From positions 21,550 through 85,549 of IMG/VR virus record IMGVR_UViG_3300029288_000008: a stretch of DNA of 64,000 bases; one strand, 5' to 3'. Of the stretch, positions 35,641 through 45,546 are shown in pieces; position 1 is the first letter of the stretch; each line of letters begins with the position of its first letter. The stretch is from a virus (lineage: Duplodnaviria > Caudoviricetes). Made by a program: the position numbers and the translations under genes. Under the pieces are notes generated by a model. That model had not been told where the DNA came from, did no database searches, and worked only from the letters and a program-made list of their open reading frames with translations.

Positions 35641-36256
35641 TTTTGGAGAAAGTGAAGTATATACACCCGTAGCTATAGAGATGGGTGTAGATTACTTCTA
35701 TTTTACAGATAGGCCAGTATCGTTAGAGCACTGGATTGTCAAAACGGTTGAAAGACGTTTTGACAATCCCAGATTGGAATCACGGTATTATTTTGATAAC
35801 TCAACAACTGTACTCCCAGATTATGATATAACCATAATGCACGGCGCTAATGCGCAGTTGTTAATCAGTCCGCTGAGCCTTATAGATATGTTTATCAAAT
35901 CAGACATAGCTGCATTTAACCATCCCCACAGAAATTGTATCTATAAGGAAGCCGAGGTTTGCAAAGGAGTTGGGAAAGATTCTGCCGATAAAATAGACAA
36001 ACAAATCAAACGGTATAAAGCAGCGGCCTTTCCATCTAACTATGGACTACACGCCTGTGGTTTAATTATTAGAAAAAACACAGAATCAGTACAAAACTTT
36101 GAATCATTATGGTGGCAAGAAGTATTGAACGGTTCATACCGTGACCAGCTATCATTCGATTACATACGATGGAAAACTGGTATTTCAATTTCAGAAATAC
36201 CGGGAAACATTTTTTCCAGTCCATACATTAGAATAAATTTACACAACAGGAAATGA
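35615..36256 (+). CDS. DUF616 (TOD1/MUCI70-like) glycosyltransferase
   Basis: AVYTANFG, DYFYFTD, F.HP.RNCIYKEA..C, RDQLSF.Y..WK. Confidence 0.85.
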   Translation: MKVAVYTANFGESEVYTPVAIEMGVDYFYFTDRPVSLEHWIVKTVERRFDNPRLESRYYFDNSTTVLPDYDITIMHGANAQLLISPLSLIDMFIKSDIAAFNHPHRNCIYKEAEVCKGVGKDSADKIDKQIKRYKAAAFPSNYGLHACGLIIRKNTESVQNFESLWWQEVLNGSYRDQLSFDYIRWKTGISISEIPGNIFSSPYIRINLHNRK

Positions 36257-36795
36257 TTATGACAAGACCTTATTATTTAGATGTACCCGGTGCAGCATTA
36301 ACCAAGAATGAACGGGAATTGATTGTAAAGCTATCTTCTGAATTTGAAGGAACTCCATTATTTTTTGGAATTGGGGTAATGTGGGGAGGTTCTTTTCACT
36401 GTATGAGAGCCGGTAATCCTAATGCTGAAATCTATGGATTAGATATAGATTACTACACTTACCGTATTCATAGAGAAGACTTGATTAAAGCCATATTCTT
36501 AAAGGGGAATAGCACAACTTACCAATTCGACAAACCGATAGATTTTTTATTTGTGGACGGCGCGCATGATTATAATACAGTAAAAGCTGATATAGCCAAC
36601 TGGAAAGATCGGGTTAAAGTTGATGGCATTATTGCTTTTCACGATTTCAAACCAAAACAAGTTGACGTTGACCTTTTCCCATCTATTGTTGGTGTAAATA
36701 AAGCGGTTATGGAATCAGAACTAACACAAGTTGGAAAAAGATTTATACAAATAGAACAAGTAGATTCAATTATAGCATTTAGGAGAATAGAATAA
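36253..36795 (+). CDS. Class I SAM-dependent methyltransferase (Methyltransf_24-like)
   Basis: IDFLFVDGAHDY..VKAD...W..RVK.DGIIAFHD. Confidence 0.88.
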   Translation: MIMTRPYYLDVPGAALTKNERELIVKLSSEFEGTPLFFGIGVMWGGSFHCMRAGNPNAEIYGLDIDYYTYRIHREDLIKAIFLKGNSTTYQFDKPIDFLFVDGAHDYNTVKADIANWKDRVKVDGIIAFHDFKPKQVDVDLFPSIVGVNKAVMESELTQVGKRFIQIEQVDSIIAFRRIE

Positions 36796-37364
36796 TGCCA
36801 ACTGATGATGAAATTTATGGACGTTCTGCACTAAAAAACGGTGAACCCTGGATAACACCAGAGAGTCTTAAACATTTAAGAACAATTATAAAACCACATT
36901 GGAACGTGTTTGAATGGGGCAGCGGCGGAAGTACTGCGTTTTGGTCAAGAAACTGTAAATCAGTTATCAGTATTGAACACAATTCAGAGTGGATACAACG
37001 GACAACCGACATTGTGAATCGGTTAAACTGTCCGCATAACTATACAATCATTTATGTAAAAGGTGACGGAACAACCGATCATACTAAAGCCTTTAGGGAA
37101 TACGCTAATGCGATTCTTGAATATCCCGATAATAGTTTTGACTTGGTATTTATAGACGGCGAGGCATCAAGCAGAGGGTGGTGTATAACCAATGCTTTGC
37201 CAAAACTAAAGAGCGGCGGTTGTCTGTTAGTTGACAACTCCAACTGGTTAAAAGAATCTCCATCGAATACAACCAATAGATTAGACTTCATTGAAAAAGG
37301 ATTAAAATGGGTTGGTCAACCAGGAACTTTTGACTGGCATACATCCATCTTTACGAAAGAATAA
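36795..37364 (+). CDS. Class I SAM-dependent methyltransferase
   Basis: VFEWGSGGST.FW, VISIEHN, FDLVFIDG, LKSGG.LLVDN. Confidence 0.88.
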   Translation: MPTDDEIYGRSALKNGEPWITPESLKHLRTIIKPHWNVFEWGSGGSTAFWSRNCKSVISIEHNSEWIQRTTDIVNRLNCPHNYTIIYVKGDGTTDHTKAFREYANAILEYPDNSFDLVFIDGEASSRGWCITNALPKLKSGGCLLVDNSNWLKESPSNTTNRLDFIEKGLKWVGQPGTFDWHTSIFTKE

Positions 37365-37371
37365 TTGTATA

Positions 37372-38034
37372 ATGATAACTTGCGTTATAGTCAACTTCAA
37401 AACAAAAAATTTAACTGAAAAATGTATAGAAACCTTCAGAAAATTTTATAGTCATCCGATCATCCTTATTGACAATAATTCTGCTGACGATTCTACCGAA
37501 TTTTGCAAAAACGCCTTTACAAAATATAATGACATTACACTGTTGTTAAACAACAAAAATATAGGACATGGGCCAGCTATGCATCAAGCAATTTTGCTTG
37601 CAACCACTCCGTATATTTTCACATTAGATAGCGACACAGAAACATTACAAGGAACGTTCTTAGAATCAATGTTGCTTGAATTCGACAAACAAGAAAATTT
37701 GTATGCAATCGGTTGGCGGCGTTATGTAAATTGTGATGGTGTATCTGGCGACGAAAAGCAAAACAAAAATCTAACCCCTTACATCCATCCGTATGCAATG
37801 CTAATTGACCGCGCAAAATACCTAACTTTACCAAAATTTGAAGATCACGGCGCACCTTGTCGAAGCAATATGTATGCAGCTTTTAAAGCAAATTATACAT
37901 TAAGTGATTTTAATTTGAAGCCGTACATAAAACATTGCATAGCAGGAACGCGCAGAATGTACAATGGTTATTGGCATCCTAAAGAAACCGATAAACCGTC
38001 AGAATGGAAAGAAAAGGCGACTTATCCAATTTAG
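37372..38034 (+). CDS. Glycosyltransferase family 2
   Basis: CVIVNFKT, ILIDNNSADDS, NIGHGPA, TLDSD. Confidence 0.88.
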   Translation: MITCVIVNFKTKNLTEKCIETFRKFYSHPIILIDNNSADDSTEFCKNAFTKYNDITLLLNNKNIGHGPAMHQAILLATTPYIFTLDSDTETLQGTFLESMLLEFDKQENLYAIGWRRYVNCDGVSGDEKQNKNLTPYIHPYAMLIDRAKYLTLPKFEDHGAPCRSNMYAAFKANYTLSDFNLKPYIKHCIAGTRRMYNGYWHPKETDKPSEWKEKATYPI

Positions 38035-38089
38035 AGAGCTTCCTACTGCATTTTTCGATTGTTTTTGAAAAGTGGGTAATAACACTTAA

Positions 38090-38305
38090 AAACAACACGA
38101 AAACACTATACATTTTCCTAAAATTCCCCACAAAAACTCTATAAAGTGGGGAATTTTTCTTTGTGCAAAATAACTTTCATCAAACTGCGCCATCTGTTTA
38201 TCTTAGTGCAAATGGGGAATATACCCTAGAGTTGCCCATAATTTATAGGTCAAAGTGGTGATTGCAAGGCGCATAATCGGTATAAAGTGGGGAATTTGTC
38301 CACAA
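38090..38305. repeat. Non-coding iteron-like repeat cluster (GTGGGGAATTT)
   Basis: 38121-38131 inverted copy, TATAAAGTGGGGAATTT at 38140-38156 and 38281-38297, partial copy at 38210-38220, TTGTCCACA at 38296-38304. Confidence 0.6.
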
Positions 38306-38499
38306 TTTAATATTGCAACGATAGCAATTTACACAATGAGTATTACGCAGTCAAAAACAGCCAATGTTAAAGAGCATTTAGGCGTGAAATATACATAACA
38401 CAAATACACCCGTGTATTTATACCTTGAAATCGCCCTGAATTGACACAAATAGAATGTGTGGTATAATTGCAGCATTTAGAAAAGGAGTTATATAAATT

Positions 38500-38787
38500 A
38501 TGTTGAGAGTATGCACACGATGTAATCAAGAAAATGACCATGATGGAAGTTATTGCCAATTTTGTGGCAACAGTATACTACTATCTGCAATTGATAATGA
38601 CGATAGCATTATTTATTGGGTACAAACTCCATACGAACTTGGAGAATTTTTGGATGTTTATAAAGACAAAACAAAGTTGAGTTATCAACAATTATATGTG
38701 TTGTACAACAACCTTCGCGGAATTAAAATTAGAGCAACAATTATCGGTAATAACTCATTAAAATTTGAGATTGTAGATAATGAATAA
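38500..38787 (+). CDS. Zinc-ribbon hypothetical protein
   Basis: CTRC...YCQFCG; promoter TTGACA-17-TATAAT at 38441-38468. Confidence 0.65.
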   Translation: MLRVCTRCNQENDHDGSYCQFCGNSILLSAIDNDDSIIYWVQTPYELGEFLDVYKDKTKLSYQQLYVLYNNLRGIKIRATIIGNNSLKFEIVDNE

Positions 38788-38971
38788 CGCCATTTCGTTA
38801 GATGACATTAAAAGTAATAACGTGAATTATTGTCTGTACTGTGGACGGTTCATCTATCCGAGTATTGATTCAGGATGGGAAGGATTTACCGCCGATGGTG
38901 TAACTACACAGAAGATTTGTGTGTTTTGTAATCTTGAAAGAAATCACGAAATAATTGAGAAGGCACAATGA
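38780..38971 (+). CDS. Small Cys-rich hypothetical protein
   Basis: CLYCG...CVFC. Confidence 0.55.
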   Translation: MNNAISLDDIKSNNVNYCLYCGRFIYPSIDSGWEGFTADGVTTQKICVFCNLERNHEIIEKAQ

Positions 38972-39186
38972 ACGAAAAACAAGAAACAGTAAACCACCCA
39001 TCCCATTACAATCAAGTTCCGGGGATAGAGTGTATTGACGTTGTAAAGCACTTTGACTTCATTATAGGAAGCTGCATAAAATATTTATGGCGTGCTGGAC
39101 ACAAATTCAACACAACAAAACTTGAAGATTTGAAAAAAGCCAAGTGGTATATTGAATATGCTATCGCGCAAGAAGAAAAGCAATGA
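38968..39186 (+). CDS. DUF3310 family protein
   Basis: VNHPSHY..IECID...IKYLWRAG.K...EDLKKA.WY. Confidence 0.9.
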   Translation: MNEKQETVNHPSHYNQVPGIECIDVVKHFDFIIGSCIKYLWRAGHKFNTTKLEDLKKAKWYIEYAIAQEEKQ

Positions 39187-39301
39187 ATGATGTATGGCTT
39201 GTCGCTTTTGAACTTGGTGTAATTGTGTACAGTTTAGCGCTAATGCGCTCTGTATTGAAAGACATAAACCAAACATTAAAACAGATACGGAACAAAATGC
39301 A

Positions 39302-39553
39302 ATGAAAAGAAGAATCGGTAAGTACATAATCAATACTGACCTGATAACGCATATTTATAAAGAAGATGAAAGTATACATTATAGTACAAACTCATCGCAA
39401 ACCACTTGGGTTACTACAAGAGACTTAAACGAACCAGAAACAATATTCATTTGCTTTGGAGAGTGCTTTTTGAGATTTTACAAAGGATATGATGACGGAT
39501 ACAACGAAGCCTTAGCCTTATACAACGAGTTTGACAATGAAACAAAATTATAG
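39302..39553 (+). CDS. Hypothetical protein
   Basis: ORF track. Confidence 0.55.
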   Translation: MKRRIGKYIINTDLITHIYKEDESIHYSTNSSQTTWVTTRDLNEPETIFICFGECFLRFYKGYDDGYNEALALYNEFDNETKL

Positions 39554-39752
39554 ACTTTTCAACAGTTGTTTAACCTGCAAGTACTGTTTTCAAGAATTGG
39601 AATTTGTCTGTACATTTTATGAAAAGATGCCTTGCGAAAAAGTACCCAACATTCTTACAGACATAGCAATCATTGAAAAATATTTGATGTGGGAAAACTC
39701 AAACAAAGTACAGTGCAATGGAATTTGTGATAACTATGAACATAGAAATTAA
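39531..39752 (+). CDS. Cys-rich hypothetical protein
   Basis: SCLTCKYC...VC...C....CDNY. Confidence 0.55.
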   Translation: MTMKQNYRLFNSCLTCKYCFQELEFVCTFYEKMPCEKVPNILTDIAIIEKYLMWENSNKVQCNGICDNYEHRN

Positions 39753-39972
39753 AGCTAATAAGATAATTTTTGATAACGATATTGAAATGAGTTATGATAC
39801 ACTATTAAACTCTATCCGGTATACATCCAATTGGCTTGCAACCCTCATAGAAGCTAAACAAGCATTTGATAAGACGGGAGTAACAGAACAACAGGTAGAG
39901 TTTATAGAATGCGCTTGTTCTAAAGATCGTGGGTGTATCAACAACGTTCTAAGGATGTTGGGACAATTATGA
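39718..39972 (+). CDS. Hypothetical protein
   Basis: ORF track. Confidence 0.5.
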   Translation: MEFVITMNIEIKANKIIFDNDIEMSYDTLLNSIRYTSNWLATLIEAKQAFDKTGVTEQQVEFIECACSKDRGCINNVLRMLGQL

Positions 39973-40202
39973 AAGATATGTATTCAAACAAATTAACTAG
40001 GTTTATTGGACACACATTCTATATGCTTGGAGCTTATTCAGGCGATTATAACGAAACACCTTCTCAGGTTTTTGATAATATAAAGAAATACGGCATATTT
40101 TCACCGATTAGAAGTTATTATTATAATAGTGGCATACACTATTGGCTTAATGGTGAAGATTCTTTTATGAATGTCATCAAAAGGATTTTCTCAACAAAAT
40201 GA
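39933..40202 (+). CDS. Hypothetical protein
   Basis: ORF track. Confidence 0.5.
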   Translation: MYQQRSKDVGTIMKDMYSNKLTRFIGHTFYMLGAYSGDYNETPSQVFDNIKKYGIFSPIRSYYYNSGIHYWLNGEDSFMNVIKRIFSTK

Positions 40203-41068
40203 AACTTTTAATGCTTCCAAAATTATCAGACGTTGGAACTAATAACGGTATAGGCCAGGTCATTCTCAATTATTGGAACTGGCTTCCAAAAGTCGGCATT
40301 GAACTAACCGATAATCCAGACGACAGTTATGATATATCCTCTAGCCATTTAGGCAAAATCGCTAATGCTGATTTGTGCTTTCTTCACGGTTTTTGGTTTG
40401 GTAAAGTTAGTAACCTAATGTCAGAACAAAATGCGCTCATTATAGAATCAATTCGCAATGCTAAGGCGGTTATAGTACCTAGTGAGTATGTTGCCGAAAC
40501 AGTGCGGAGAGATTTTAGAATCAATCCTTATATCATCGGTCACGGGGTCAATATGTCAGAGTGGAAAGGCGCAAAACCGAAAGGCTATGTGCTATGGAAT
40601 AAAAACCGCCCGTCCGATGTATGCAACCCTGAACCGGTTTATGAGTTGGCAAAACGCCATCCTAAAGTTAAATTCGTTACCACCTTCTATCCGATGGACA
40701 GAACACCTATTCCTGATAATGTACAGATAGTTGGAAAGGTATCCTTCGATCAAATGAAACAGCTTATCAAAGGCGCTTCTATCTATCTCTCAACCGCTAA
40801 GGAAACCTTCAATATCAGCGCCTTAGAGAACTTAGCCTGTGGCACTCCGATTCTAGGATGGAATTGGGGAGGGACAGCCGATATAGTATGGAATAAAAAA
40901 GACGGTTATCTAGTTAATGTTGGCGACTATGACGCACTTTCAGACGGTTTAGAATGGTTACTAGAGAATAGACAACAACTAACAGCGGCTTGCAAAAACA
41001 AAGCAATGATGTATAATTGGCTTGACGTTGCAAAGAAAATTAGAGAGGTGTGTTATAATGTCTATTAA
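40199..41068 (+). CDS. Glycosyltransferase family 4 (GT-B)
   Basis: VIVPSEYVA, IGHGVN, ETFNISALENLACGTPIL, GYLV..GDYDAL. Confidence 0.9.
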   Translation: MKLLMLPKLSDVGTNNGIGQVILNYWNWLPKVGIELTDNPDDSYDISSSHLGKIANADLCFLHGFWFGKVSNLMSEQNALIIESIRNAKAVIVPSEYVAETVRRDFRINPYIIGHGVNMSEWKGAKPKGYVLWNKNRPSDVCNPEPVYELAKRHPKVKFVTTFYPMDRTPIPDNVQIVGKVSFDQMKQLIKGASIYLSTAKETFNISALENLACGTPILGWNWGGTADIVWNKKDGYLVNVGDYDALSDGLEWLLENRQQLTAACKNKAMMYNWLDVAKKIREVCYNVY

Positions 41069-41381
41069 CGTAAAAGAAGCCCGCGAACTAGTCGCAAGAT
41101 GTATTGAAACTTTAGATGATAACAAAACGGTAGAGGATGGGGATGTTGATACCCTCTGCGCCATTATCAATCAAATGTGTGAACACATTGAAAATACTAA
41201 AGAGCATAAATTGCTTACAACAGAAGAACAAACCATTATCGAAATGTTAACCGATGTGTGGAACTTATTTTTAGAACTTCCAGAGTTACACAGAAGTGAT
41301 ACAGTAGAATTTATGCAAGGTATTCACCTTTTACAGAACATCATTCTGGCTAGGATTCATTTAAGATATGGCAAAAGTTGA
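41022..41381 (+). CDS. Hypothetical protein (ELH..D..EF..GIH.LQNII.AR)
   Basis: ORF track; true start probably at MSINVK. Confidence 0.55.
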   Translation: MTLQRKLERCVIMSINVKEARELVARCIETLDDNKTVEDGDVDTLCAIINQMCEHIENTKEHKLLTTEEQTIIEMLTDVWNLFLELPELHRSDTVEFMQGIHLLQNIILARIHLRYGKS

Positions 41382-43518
41382 CATAATTATAACCTGCTAT
41401 AATAAGGAAGCGACTATCGCTAGAGCGATAGAATCAGTCAAACGGCAAACGTTGACAGACTTCTTTTGTATCGTTGTGGATGATGGTAGCACTGATAATT
41501 CTTGGTCAGTTATCAACAAAGAGATAAATAAAGACAAGAGGTTTATTGCCATCCAACTAAAAAACTGTGGTGTTGCTAATGCTAGAAACGTTGGAATTGG
41601 TTACGGCAATTCACCGTATATTACCTGTTTAGATGGGGATGATGGCCTTATTGACAGATTTTTACAAACCTGTTACGACGCAATTAAAACCGATAGAAGT
41701 TTAGGAGTTGTCTATACAGAAGTATTACTAAACCATCCCGATGATAACTTTACCATAGCCGATTGGACAAAACCAGATCATAATGCACAGTTTGAAGGAA
41801 AAAATCAAGTTCCCTGTTGCAATATGTTCAGACGTGACTTGTTTGATAGAGTGGGCGGGTATCGGCAACGTTACAGTCCAAAAGGAGCAGGTGCAGAAGA
41901 TGCAGAATTATGGTTACGATTTTTCAAACTAGGATACAAAGCGAAAAAGGTAACAGAAGAACCGTTATTTATCTACAACGCTTTCGGCGGTTTAACTCAG
42001 GATGGAAACTATACCGAGGTCAACTGGATTAACTGGCATACTACAAAACCATCCCCATCATTACAAAATCCTGAAAACGGTATTGTTCACATCGTCAATG
42101 AATACGACAGACCTGAAATCAGCGTTATCATACCGGTTATAGAAAAACACTTACACTATCTACAAGATGCCTTAGATTCATTAGAAGCGCAAACCTTTAC
42201 CAACTGGGAATGTATTGTAGTTTTCGACATTGAAGATTCTATCATCAAAACCATCAAAGAACTTGAATACTATGAGAAAGCCTATCCCTATGTAAAATTT
42301 TTGTACACATCTGGGGGATTAGGTGCAGGTTGTGCAAGAAATGCTGGTGTTGAATATTCAATAGGTGAGTACCTAGTATTTTTAGATGCAGATGATTATT
42401 TACAACCTAGATTTTTAGGATTATGTCTGTCTGCTCTCAAACACTTCAATGCAGATTGGGTATATACCGATTTGTATTCTCAGACAATACACAGCAGAGA
42501 ACAATTCGAGAAAGAGAAAAACAACGAATCTAAAATCATTAGAGAACGTAAAGAATGGGTAGAGTTTATCCAACCGTATCACAATGAGGAATGGAGTGTA
42601 GAAAAGTTACACCATAGTGGAATTGCGGCGGTTACAGCGCTTTATAAAAAATCAGACTTTGAACTGGTAGAAGGATTCGATCAAGAGAACAACCGAGAAG
42701 ATTGGGACTTCCATATGAGATTGGCTAAAGCTGGCAAATGTGGCTTGAGGTTGCCCTTACCACTTTTAACATATCGCCTTAATACTGGAATTCGCAGGGA
42801 GTATGTTGGAACCGCTAGAGATTCAGAAGAAAGCAAACAATTAAAGCAAAAGGATGTTGATAGAATTCACACACAATATGATTTAGGAGAATTGAAAATG
42901 GCTTGCAGTACTTGTAAACAAAAGAAAATTGACATTCAGAAACAAACCAATAACGCCCCAGAACTATATACCCTAGAGTATACCGGCAAAATTACCGGGG
43001 GGGTAGTTACCGGTCCGGTAACTCGCAAACAATATCCACTAAACAACTATAAAGGAAAAGTGATAGTATATAAGGTAGCTCCGCAAGACGCCCAAGCATT
43101 AGTCGGTAGGGGTTTGTTCGTACCATTGAACACAGAAAACAAACAAGCTCCGGAGTCGGTTATTGTTGCTCCTACACCTGCTAAAGTGGAAGTGGTTAAA
43201 CTATCGCATACCGATAGATTAAAAGCTTCTATGGAATTTGCAGAGAAGGCGAAAAAAGAAGCACAACTACAAATGGAAGCCGAGTTAGCCGCTTGGGAAA
43301 TTGCAAGTGACGAAGCCTTAGAAAAAACCGAAAAAGAACTAGACACAACCGTAACTTGGATAGACAATCCTGGAAGTTTTTCACTCGCCACATTAAAATC
43401 TTATGTCAATACTGAGAAGCCAAGTCAAGAGCGATTACAACTAGCCTACGACAATGAGGCGATGGGCAAAGCGCGTAAAAGTGTTTTAAATTTTTTGAAG
43501 GGGAAAGACACATACTAA
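41368..43518 (+). CDS. Double GT2 glycosyltransferase fused to a structural-protein-like C-terminal domain
   Basis: Two GT-A domains (IIITCYNK..VVDDGSTD..CLDGDD; SVIIPV..VFLDADD), then the MACSTC... domain and a terminal E..GKARKSVL motif. Confidence 0.88.
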   Translation: MAKVDIIITCYNKEATIARAIESVKRQTLTDFFCIVVDDGSTDNSWSVINKEINKDKRFIAIQLKNCGVANARNVGIGYGNSPYITCLDGDDGLIDRFLQTCYDAIKTDRSLGVVYTEVLLNHPDDNFTIADWTKPDHNAQFEGKNQVPCCNMFRRDLFDRVGGYRQRYSPKGAGAEDAELWLRFFKLGYKAKKVTEEPLFIYNAFGGLTQDGNYTEVNWINWHTTKPSPSLQNPENGIVHIVNEYDRPEISVIIPVIEKHLHYLQDALDSLEAQTFTNWECIVVFDIEDSIIKTIKELEYYEKAYPYVKFLYTSGGLGAGCARNAGVEYSIGEYLVFLDADDYLQPRFLGLCLSALKHFNADWVYTDLYSQTIHSREQFEKEKNNESKIIRERKEWVEFIQPYHNEEWSVEKLHHSGIAAVTALYKKSDFELVEGFDQENNREDWDFHMRLAKAGKCGLRLPLPLLTYRLNTGIRREYVGTARDSEESKQLKQKDVDRIHTQYDLGELKMACSTCKQKKIDIQKQTNNAPELYTLEYTGKITGGVVTGPVTRKQYPLNNYKGKVIVYKVAPQDAQALVGRGLFVPLNTENKQAPESVIVAPTPAKVEVVKLSHTDRLKASMEFAEKAKKEAQLQMEAELAAWEIASDEALEKTEKELDTTVTWIDNPGSFSLATLKSYVNTEKPSQERLQLAYDNEAMGKARKSVLNFLKGKDTY

Positions 43519-43571
43519 AAAATTATACTGGCAGATTATCTTATCTGCCAGTATTTGTTTGTTCTATATCA

Positions 43572-43594
43572 ATAGAACATAACGTTACGGTTTT
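43572..43594 (+). promoter_or_regulatory. Conserved 23-bp promoter-upstream motif ATAGAACAYANNGTTACRGTTTT
   Basis: Near-identical copies at 8045-8067 (-) and 45989-46011 (+), each upstream of a TTGACA promoter. Confidence 0.6.
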
Positions 43595-43667
43595 CTAAAA
43601 ACTATTGACAACCGTATAAACATCGAGTATACTGGTATCATCTTACACAGACAAAGGAGAAGCAAAA

Positions 43668-43883
43668 ATGAAGCGCACATACTCGGTAGAAGAACTAAAA
43701 TCAGTCAACAATTCAATGATGAATTATACAGTTAGCTTCAAGTATTTTGGTACAACCGGGCAAATAAAAGTACACGTTGGATTAGTTGGAAACCACTTTG
43801 AAATTATCAATAACCTAGTTAAAAAACAATACGGCGACAAAGCCGAGGTAATCGGCGCAAAAGTTACCGGAAAGGCTTGGTAA
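43668..43883 (+). CDS. Hypothetical protein
   Basis: Own promoter, AAGGAG RBS, terminator. Confidence 0.65.
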   Translation: MKRTYSVEELKSVNNSMMNYTVSFKYFGTTGQIKVHVGLVGNHFEIINNLVKKQYGDKAEVIGAKVTGKAW

Positions 43884-43979
43884 ACATTAAAAACACCATC
43901 TAGGTTAGGTGGTGTTTTTTGTTGTGTTGCAATTCAATAAAATATGTGGTATAATGAAGAAAAACCATAGGATATTATA

Positions 43980-45257
43980 ATGACATTTTCAAGTGAGTTT
44001 TGTCCAACGTTTTTATCGTTAGGTAGATATGCAAATCTGATCGGTCTTGACCCGTTACGGTTTTTTGGTGGTGTAACATCATTACGCGGAGTAAATCAAT
44101 GCTCTGATCTTTGGAGTCAGTTCTCTTGGCAGGATAGCGGAAAAGTATCGCGTGAAGAACTGCGACAAGCTATCAAACAAGCCGAGGATGATATAACGGC
44201 AACTGTCGGATACTTCCCTGCTCCTTACTGGCATACCGAAGTTGTATCCTATCCACAATTCTATCAAAAAGAATATAGGGGAGTTAGCGGCTTTCAATCA
44301 AATACATTCAATCATAAAACAGGTGTTACCAGTAAAAAGTATGTTATCAGTGGTGGTGTTAGGGCAACAACTGCAATTGACCCTAGAGAGATTACAAGGG
44401 GAACTGATATAGACACAACCGGAGACGGATTTACCGATACAGCTGTATTTACTGTAACCAACCTGACCTTTACCGACATTTGTGAGTTAAAAGCCTATTT
44501 CAAGGTTTATGATGATATTGACGCCGATAATTGCAGAACTGACCCGGCCAGTGAAGGGGTAGATGATTATTGGGAGATAACACCCATTCGGGCAAAGTTA
44601 AGTGGTACTACGGCCACAGTTTACATACCGGTTTACCTGCTATTCAAACCACAATTACAGCGCCGTATCAACGCCGGTGAAATAGATGCAGACGATTTTG
44701 CAAATAGCTATGTTGACACAGTAGAATTTTATAGGGTGTATAATGACCCAACTTCACAAGTATCATTCCTGTGGACAACTGAAAGCAGTTGTGAGGATTA
44801 CAGTTGCGCGTGGGCAGTTCAATCAGGATGTATGAGAGTTTGGGACAGTCGCCGGGGTATCGTTTCAGTATCGCCGGGAACTTATGACAGTACCACAGGA
44901 TTCTTTACCGGTAGCTGTTTTACACAGAATAGAGAACCTGACAAAATGATGCTGTATTATTATTCAGGCATGCGCAGTGAAAACAACCGTAACTGTGACG
45001 AGCTAAACAACAACTTAGCCAGAATCATAGCGATGTTGGCTAGTGCCAGACTGAATAAACCGGTTTGCACTTGCGAAAGTCCAGCACGTCTTATAGAGCG
45101 CTGGCAAGAAGAAGTAACGATGTCAAACGCTTCCAGATCATACAACCTAAGTGTAGCTGATTTAGAATGTCCATTCGGCACTAAATATGGGGAGCTATTG
45201 GCATACAAAGCTCTAAAGAACTTTGGAACTAAAGTCGGAAAGAACATTAGAGCATAA
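43980..45257 (+). CDS. Putative head-tail connector/head completion protein
   Basis: REELRQAIKQAEDDI...GYFPAP N-terminus and CPFGTKYGE C-terminus; promoter style shared with other structural genes. Confidence 0.5.
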   Translation: MTFSSEFCPTFLSLGRYANLIGLDPLRFFGGVTSLRGVNQCSDLWSQFSWQDSGKVSREELRQAIKQAEDDITATVGYFPAPYWHTEVVSYPQFYQKEYRGVSGFQSNTFNHKTGVTSKKYVISGGVRATTAIDPREITRGTDIDTTGDGFTDTAVFTVTNLTFTDICELKAYFKVYDDIDADNCRTDPASEGVDDYWEITPIRAKLSGTTATVYIPVYLLFKPQLQRRINAGEIDADDFANSYVDTVEFYRVYNDPTSQVSFLWTTESSCEDYSCAWAVQSGCMRVWDSRRGIVSVSPGTYDSTTGFFTGSCFTQNREPDKMMLYYYSGMRSENNRNCDELNNNLARIIAMLASARLNKPVCTCESPARLIERWQEEVTMSNASRSYNLSVADLECPFGTKYGELLAYKALKNFGTKVGKNIRA

Positions 45258-45307
45258 CAAAAAACAGGATAACTAAAAGTTATCCTGTTTTTATTTTAGA
45301 TTTATAG

Positions 45308-45526
45308 TTACAGTGGATAGATTTCACCGGGGCAGCTTACCAACTCATATTCACCGCTTTCCAATTCTTCTTCAGTCAACAAACCGTCTTCAAACGCTCT
45401 GTCAACACAACATTCACAAACAGACGGCATTAGAACGTTAGTCGCTCCGTATGGTACACTATCATAAACTGTCCCCTCTCCGTTACACGCCTTGCAACCC
45501 TCATAAGCATAAATTTTCTTTGTCAT
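45308..45526 (-). CDS. Zinc-ribbon hypothetical protein
   Basis: CKACNGEG...CECC. Confidence 0.6.
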   Translation of the reverse strand: MTKKIYAYEGCKACNGEGTVYDSVPYGATNVLMPSVCECCVDRAFEDGLLTEEELESGEYELVSCPGEIYPL

Positions 45527-45546
45527 TGCCGTTTATCCTTTACCGA

